A stretch of DNA of 64,000 nt from a virus. Both the position numbers and the translations under genes were made by a program. The notes below the pieces were generated by a model. The model made no database searches and had not been told where the DNA came from. It saw nothing but the letters and a program-made list of their open reading frames with translations. Location of the stretch: the IMG/VR virus record IMGVR_UViG_3300046454_000825, positions 14,876 through 78,875 of that record. One strand, 5' to 3'. Of the stretch, positions 61,525-64,000 are shown piece after piece (within the stretch, counting starts at the first letter, position 1; the number at the start of each line of letters is the position of its first letter).

Positions 61525-62155
61525 GGTAGAAGCACCGGCGGGCGGCACGCTGCATCTCCGCGGCCAGGACGAGGTCGACCTCTGGGAGGAGATGGCGGAG
61601 AGCTACAAGAAGGATTACCGCCTGGTCCGCCAGAGCGAGCTCGTGCTGCTGGGGGCGCTCCTGACGCAGGCCCTGACGCTCTACCGCTGCCAGCAGGAAC
61701 TGACCGGCCTGGTGCCTAAGACGGACGCTGGCGGTGTTCCTACGGGCGAGTACGAAGAGAAGAAGGTCAGCCCCTCCGAGCGCGGCACGATCCAGAAGAC
61801 GATCGGCGAAGCGACAAAAGAGATCCGCGAAGTGGAGAAAGCACTCGGGATCGACAAAAAGACCCGCGAGGCTGGTGGATCTCAAACCGTGGCGAGTTAT
61901 GTACAGACCCTGAAGGAGGCAGGTCACCGGATGGGTGTACATATCTTCAAACGGACAAAGATGTACGAGCAGTTCGCGATGGATATGCGCTGGCGGTTAC
62001 GTCTGCTTCGCAACGGTGACGCCGAGGACAAGAAGTACCATGACGTCTCGCCGGAGAAAATCTGCGTGTGGGCTGACGGAGTTCTCGCCGAGATCGAGAA
62101 TTTCGACAAGGAATTCGGAAAAGAGCAAGCAAAGTTGTTCGGGGGCAAACTATGA
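61502..62155 (+). CDS. probable terminase small subunit
   Basis: Helical protein between HNH and TerL; EKALGI motif; positional. Confidence 0.5.
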   Translation: MSGPLTFEVEAPAGGTLHLRGQDEVDLWEEMAESYKKDYRLVRQSELVLLGALLTQALTLYRCQQELTGLVPKTDAGGVPTGEYEEKKVSPSERGTIQKTIGEATKEIREVEKALGIDKKTREAGGSQTVASYVQTLKEAGHRMGVHIFKRTKMYEQFAMDMRWRLRLLRNGDAEDKKYHDVSPEKICVWADGVLAEIENFDKEFGKEQAKLFGGKL

Positions 62156-62769
62156 GGAAGAAGCTGCGGCGGCTTTTGGAATGGGCGTTCGTCACTGAGG
62201 TCATCGGCCAGGACGAGTGCCCTCTGATGGAACGGTGGGAGTTCCTCAAGATCGGACTGCCCGGCCGGGAGCCGTGGTTCAAGGCGATGATCCACCACTT
62301 CCCGCCCTTCGTCACCGACGCCGACCCCCACGATCACCCGCGGCCCTTCGTTACGTTGATCCTCGCCGGCGGCTACCTGAACTCCGAGTGGACCAAGCTG
62401 GTGCCGCCGTTGGATCTCGGCGATCGCCTGCAGGAGTGGATGATCACCTACGAGTGGCTGGCCAGGGGCGACCTGCGTTTCCGGCGCGCGAACCACACCC
62501 ACATCACCGAGACGACGGCCCAGGGAGCCTGGACGCTGGTCGTCATGGGACCGATGGTCCGCAAATGGGGTTTCCTGCGTGACGGCAAGTGGCTGCCGTG
62601 GAAAAAGTACGTCGAGCGGTACGGTGGCGTCGTGCGCTGCGACACCGGCGAGCTCGACGAGAGTGAGAATGGCACCTATCCGCCCTACACCGTCGCAAAG
62701 CACGACGACAGAGAGCACAATTTTCGGGAGTACAAGGGAACGCCCCCGCCCTACGACTTGCTTGGCTGA
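62152..62769 (+). CDS. cupin-fold metal-binding protein
   Basis: PHDHPRPFVTLILAGGY; FRRANHTH; WTLV..GP..RKWGF. Confidence 0.7.
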   Translation: MRKKLRRLLEWAFVTEVIGQDECPLMERWEFLKIGLPGREPWFKAMIHHFPPFVTDADPHDHPRPFVTLILAGGYLNSEWTKLVPPLDLGDRLQEWMITYEWLARGDLRFRRANHTHITETTAQGAWTLVVMGPMVRKWGFLRDGKWLPWKKYVERYGGVVRCDTGELDESENGTYPPYTVAKHDDREHNFREYKGTPPPYDLLG

Positions 62770-64000
62770 TGCAGAAGCTGGGCCATATTGAGGGGATGGA
62801 CACCAGCTTCGTCGGCGAGGGGGCCTGGGATCTCGATGAAGACGACCTTCTTCTCTTCGCCCTGCTCACCGATCCGATCTACGCGGCCGAGCTGCTCTGG
62901 CCGGAACCGAGCAACCGTGACTATGGCGGGCTCTACAGGGTCCGCGACTACCAGTACCCGCTCTGGCGACTAGAAGATCCCTACGCCGGCTACGCCTGCG
63001 CGCGCGCGACCGGGAAGACCGAGTCGATCAAAGGTCACGCCTTCTGCCACAGCTTCCGGCGGATCAGCGAGAACATGCTGATCACAGCCCCGGAGCTCAT
63101 CCACCTTCACCCCCTCACCGACGCGATCGAGGAACGCATCCGCGACACACGACTCACCAGGGACTTCCTTGACACCCGCGGCGGGCAGACTGGCTTCACC
63201 CACCGACCGTTCGGAGTGAACTTCCTTGACGGGACCAAGATCGTCGGCCGCATCCCCCGTCTGACCGGTACCGGCGTCAAGGGCCAGCACCAACCTGACC
63301 TCCGAGTTGAGGAGGCCCAGGATTACCCGGAGCGCGGCTGGACCGAGGTGCATGAGACCGTGAACAAGGACCACGTCGACGCCGACGGCAATCCCGACTT
63401 CACCTACTGGTTCTACGGTGTGCACTCCGGAGCCCGCGACTCCGGCTTCTTCAAACGCATCAACAAAGGCTCCTTCACCCTGACCACGATCACCAAGCTG
63501 CAGACCGAAAGCTGGTGTAAGGCTGAGAAGGAAGCTGCCGAAGCGGCCTACGGCGGATCGAGCGCCCCCGACTACCGCCGCAACATTCTCGGAGAGGCCG
63601 GCGCTGCAGCGAACCCGTTCTTCGTCATGTCGCGGCTGATGGCGTCGATCGACCAGGACCGCGAGAGCGACTACAACCAGCACGAGTACGTTGCCCAGAC
63701 GCTACGCGCCGAGGACATCGAGGATCTCGACATGGAGATGGCCGAGCTGCTCGATTTGCCCACCAGCTTTGGGAGTGTGCACTGCGGGGCTGACATCGGG
63801 CTCACCCAGTCGCCGACGGTGATCACAGTCTTCTCCAAGGAAAAAATCGCCGGCCGGGAGCGGATCAAGCTCATCCGGCGCTACATGATCGAGCGCTTCC
63901 GGCCGAAGCAGATCCGCGAAGTGAACTACGCGCTCGCCTACCACTTCGGCAACAAGCTCATGAGCTACGGCATGGATGAGACCGGCCTGGGCCTGCCGAT
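62769..64000 (+). CDS. terL: terminase large subunit (3'-truncated by window edge)
   Basis: My translation from ATG 62769: RDYQ Q-motif, ARATGKT Walker A, LRVEEAQD Walker B, HCGADIG and GMDETGLG nuclease motifs; absent from the ORF track because there is no stop in the window. Confidence 0.9.
   Translation, partial: MQKLGHIEGMDTSFVGEGAWDLDEDDLLLFALLTDPIYAAELLWPEPSNRDYGGLYRVRDYQYPLWRLEDPYAGYACARATGKTESIKGHAFCHSFRRISENMLITAPELIHLHPLTDAIEERIRDTRLTRDFLDTRGGQTGFTHRPFGVNFLDGTKIVGRIPRLTGTGVKGQHQPDLRVEEAQDYPERGWTEVHETVNKDHVDADGNPDFTYWFYGVHSGARDSGFFKRINKGSFTLTTITKLQTESWCKAEKEAAEAAYGGSSAPDYRRNILGEAGAAANPFFVMSRLMASIDQDRESDYNQHEYVAQTLRAEDIEDLDMEMAELLDLPTSFGSVHCGADIGLTQSPTVITVFSKEKIAGRERIKLIRRYMIERFRPKQIREVNYALAYHFGNKLMSYGMDETGLGLP

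Overview
The whole window is one GC-rich, long-tailed (sipho-type) phage or prophage segment; I see no host housekeeping genes. Several genes point to an actinobacterial host, most likely Thermoleophilia/Solirubrobacterales: an mIHF-type protein, an Rpf-like transglycosylase, a coiled-coil+winged-helix protein, an ArsR-like HTH, and many leaderless TANNNT-N6-ATG starts. Layout: tail module (1-13.9 kb: tape measure, hub, two paralogous fibres, a metallopeptidase); Rpf-like gene; recombination/replication genes (Sak/Rad52-like, Cas4-like nuclease, initiator, DnaB, SSB); a block of 6 glycosyltransferase and 2 methyltransferase domains (21.5-28.5 kb); nuclease, SNF2 helicase and sigma factor; a leftward block with a tyrosine recombinase, RuvB homologue and matrixin (31.6-38.8 kb); a lower-GC divergent region with a probable second sigma factor; a non-coding stretch with hairpins and a parS core (41.1-41.75 kb); many small accessory genes; lysis genes interrupted by mIHF; then HNH, probable TerS and TerL running off the right edge. 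Head genes lie outside the window. Best candidates for new biology: (1) a virion glycosylation system, with an Ala-Ser-[Gly/Ala] motif strongly enriched in the collagen fibre as candidate acceptor; (2) a chromosome-mimicry kit (parS, mIHF, wHTH protein); (3) a RuvB lacking the RuvA-binding hairpin; (4) a two-sigma cascade with a repeated GTYCCCCCC-N4-GGT motif; (5) an overprinted gene inside a methyltransferase-glycosyltransferase fusion. All family assignments come from motif recognition by eye; no searches were run.
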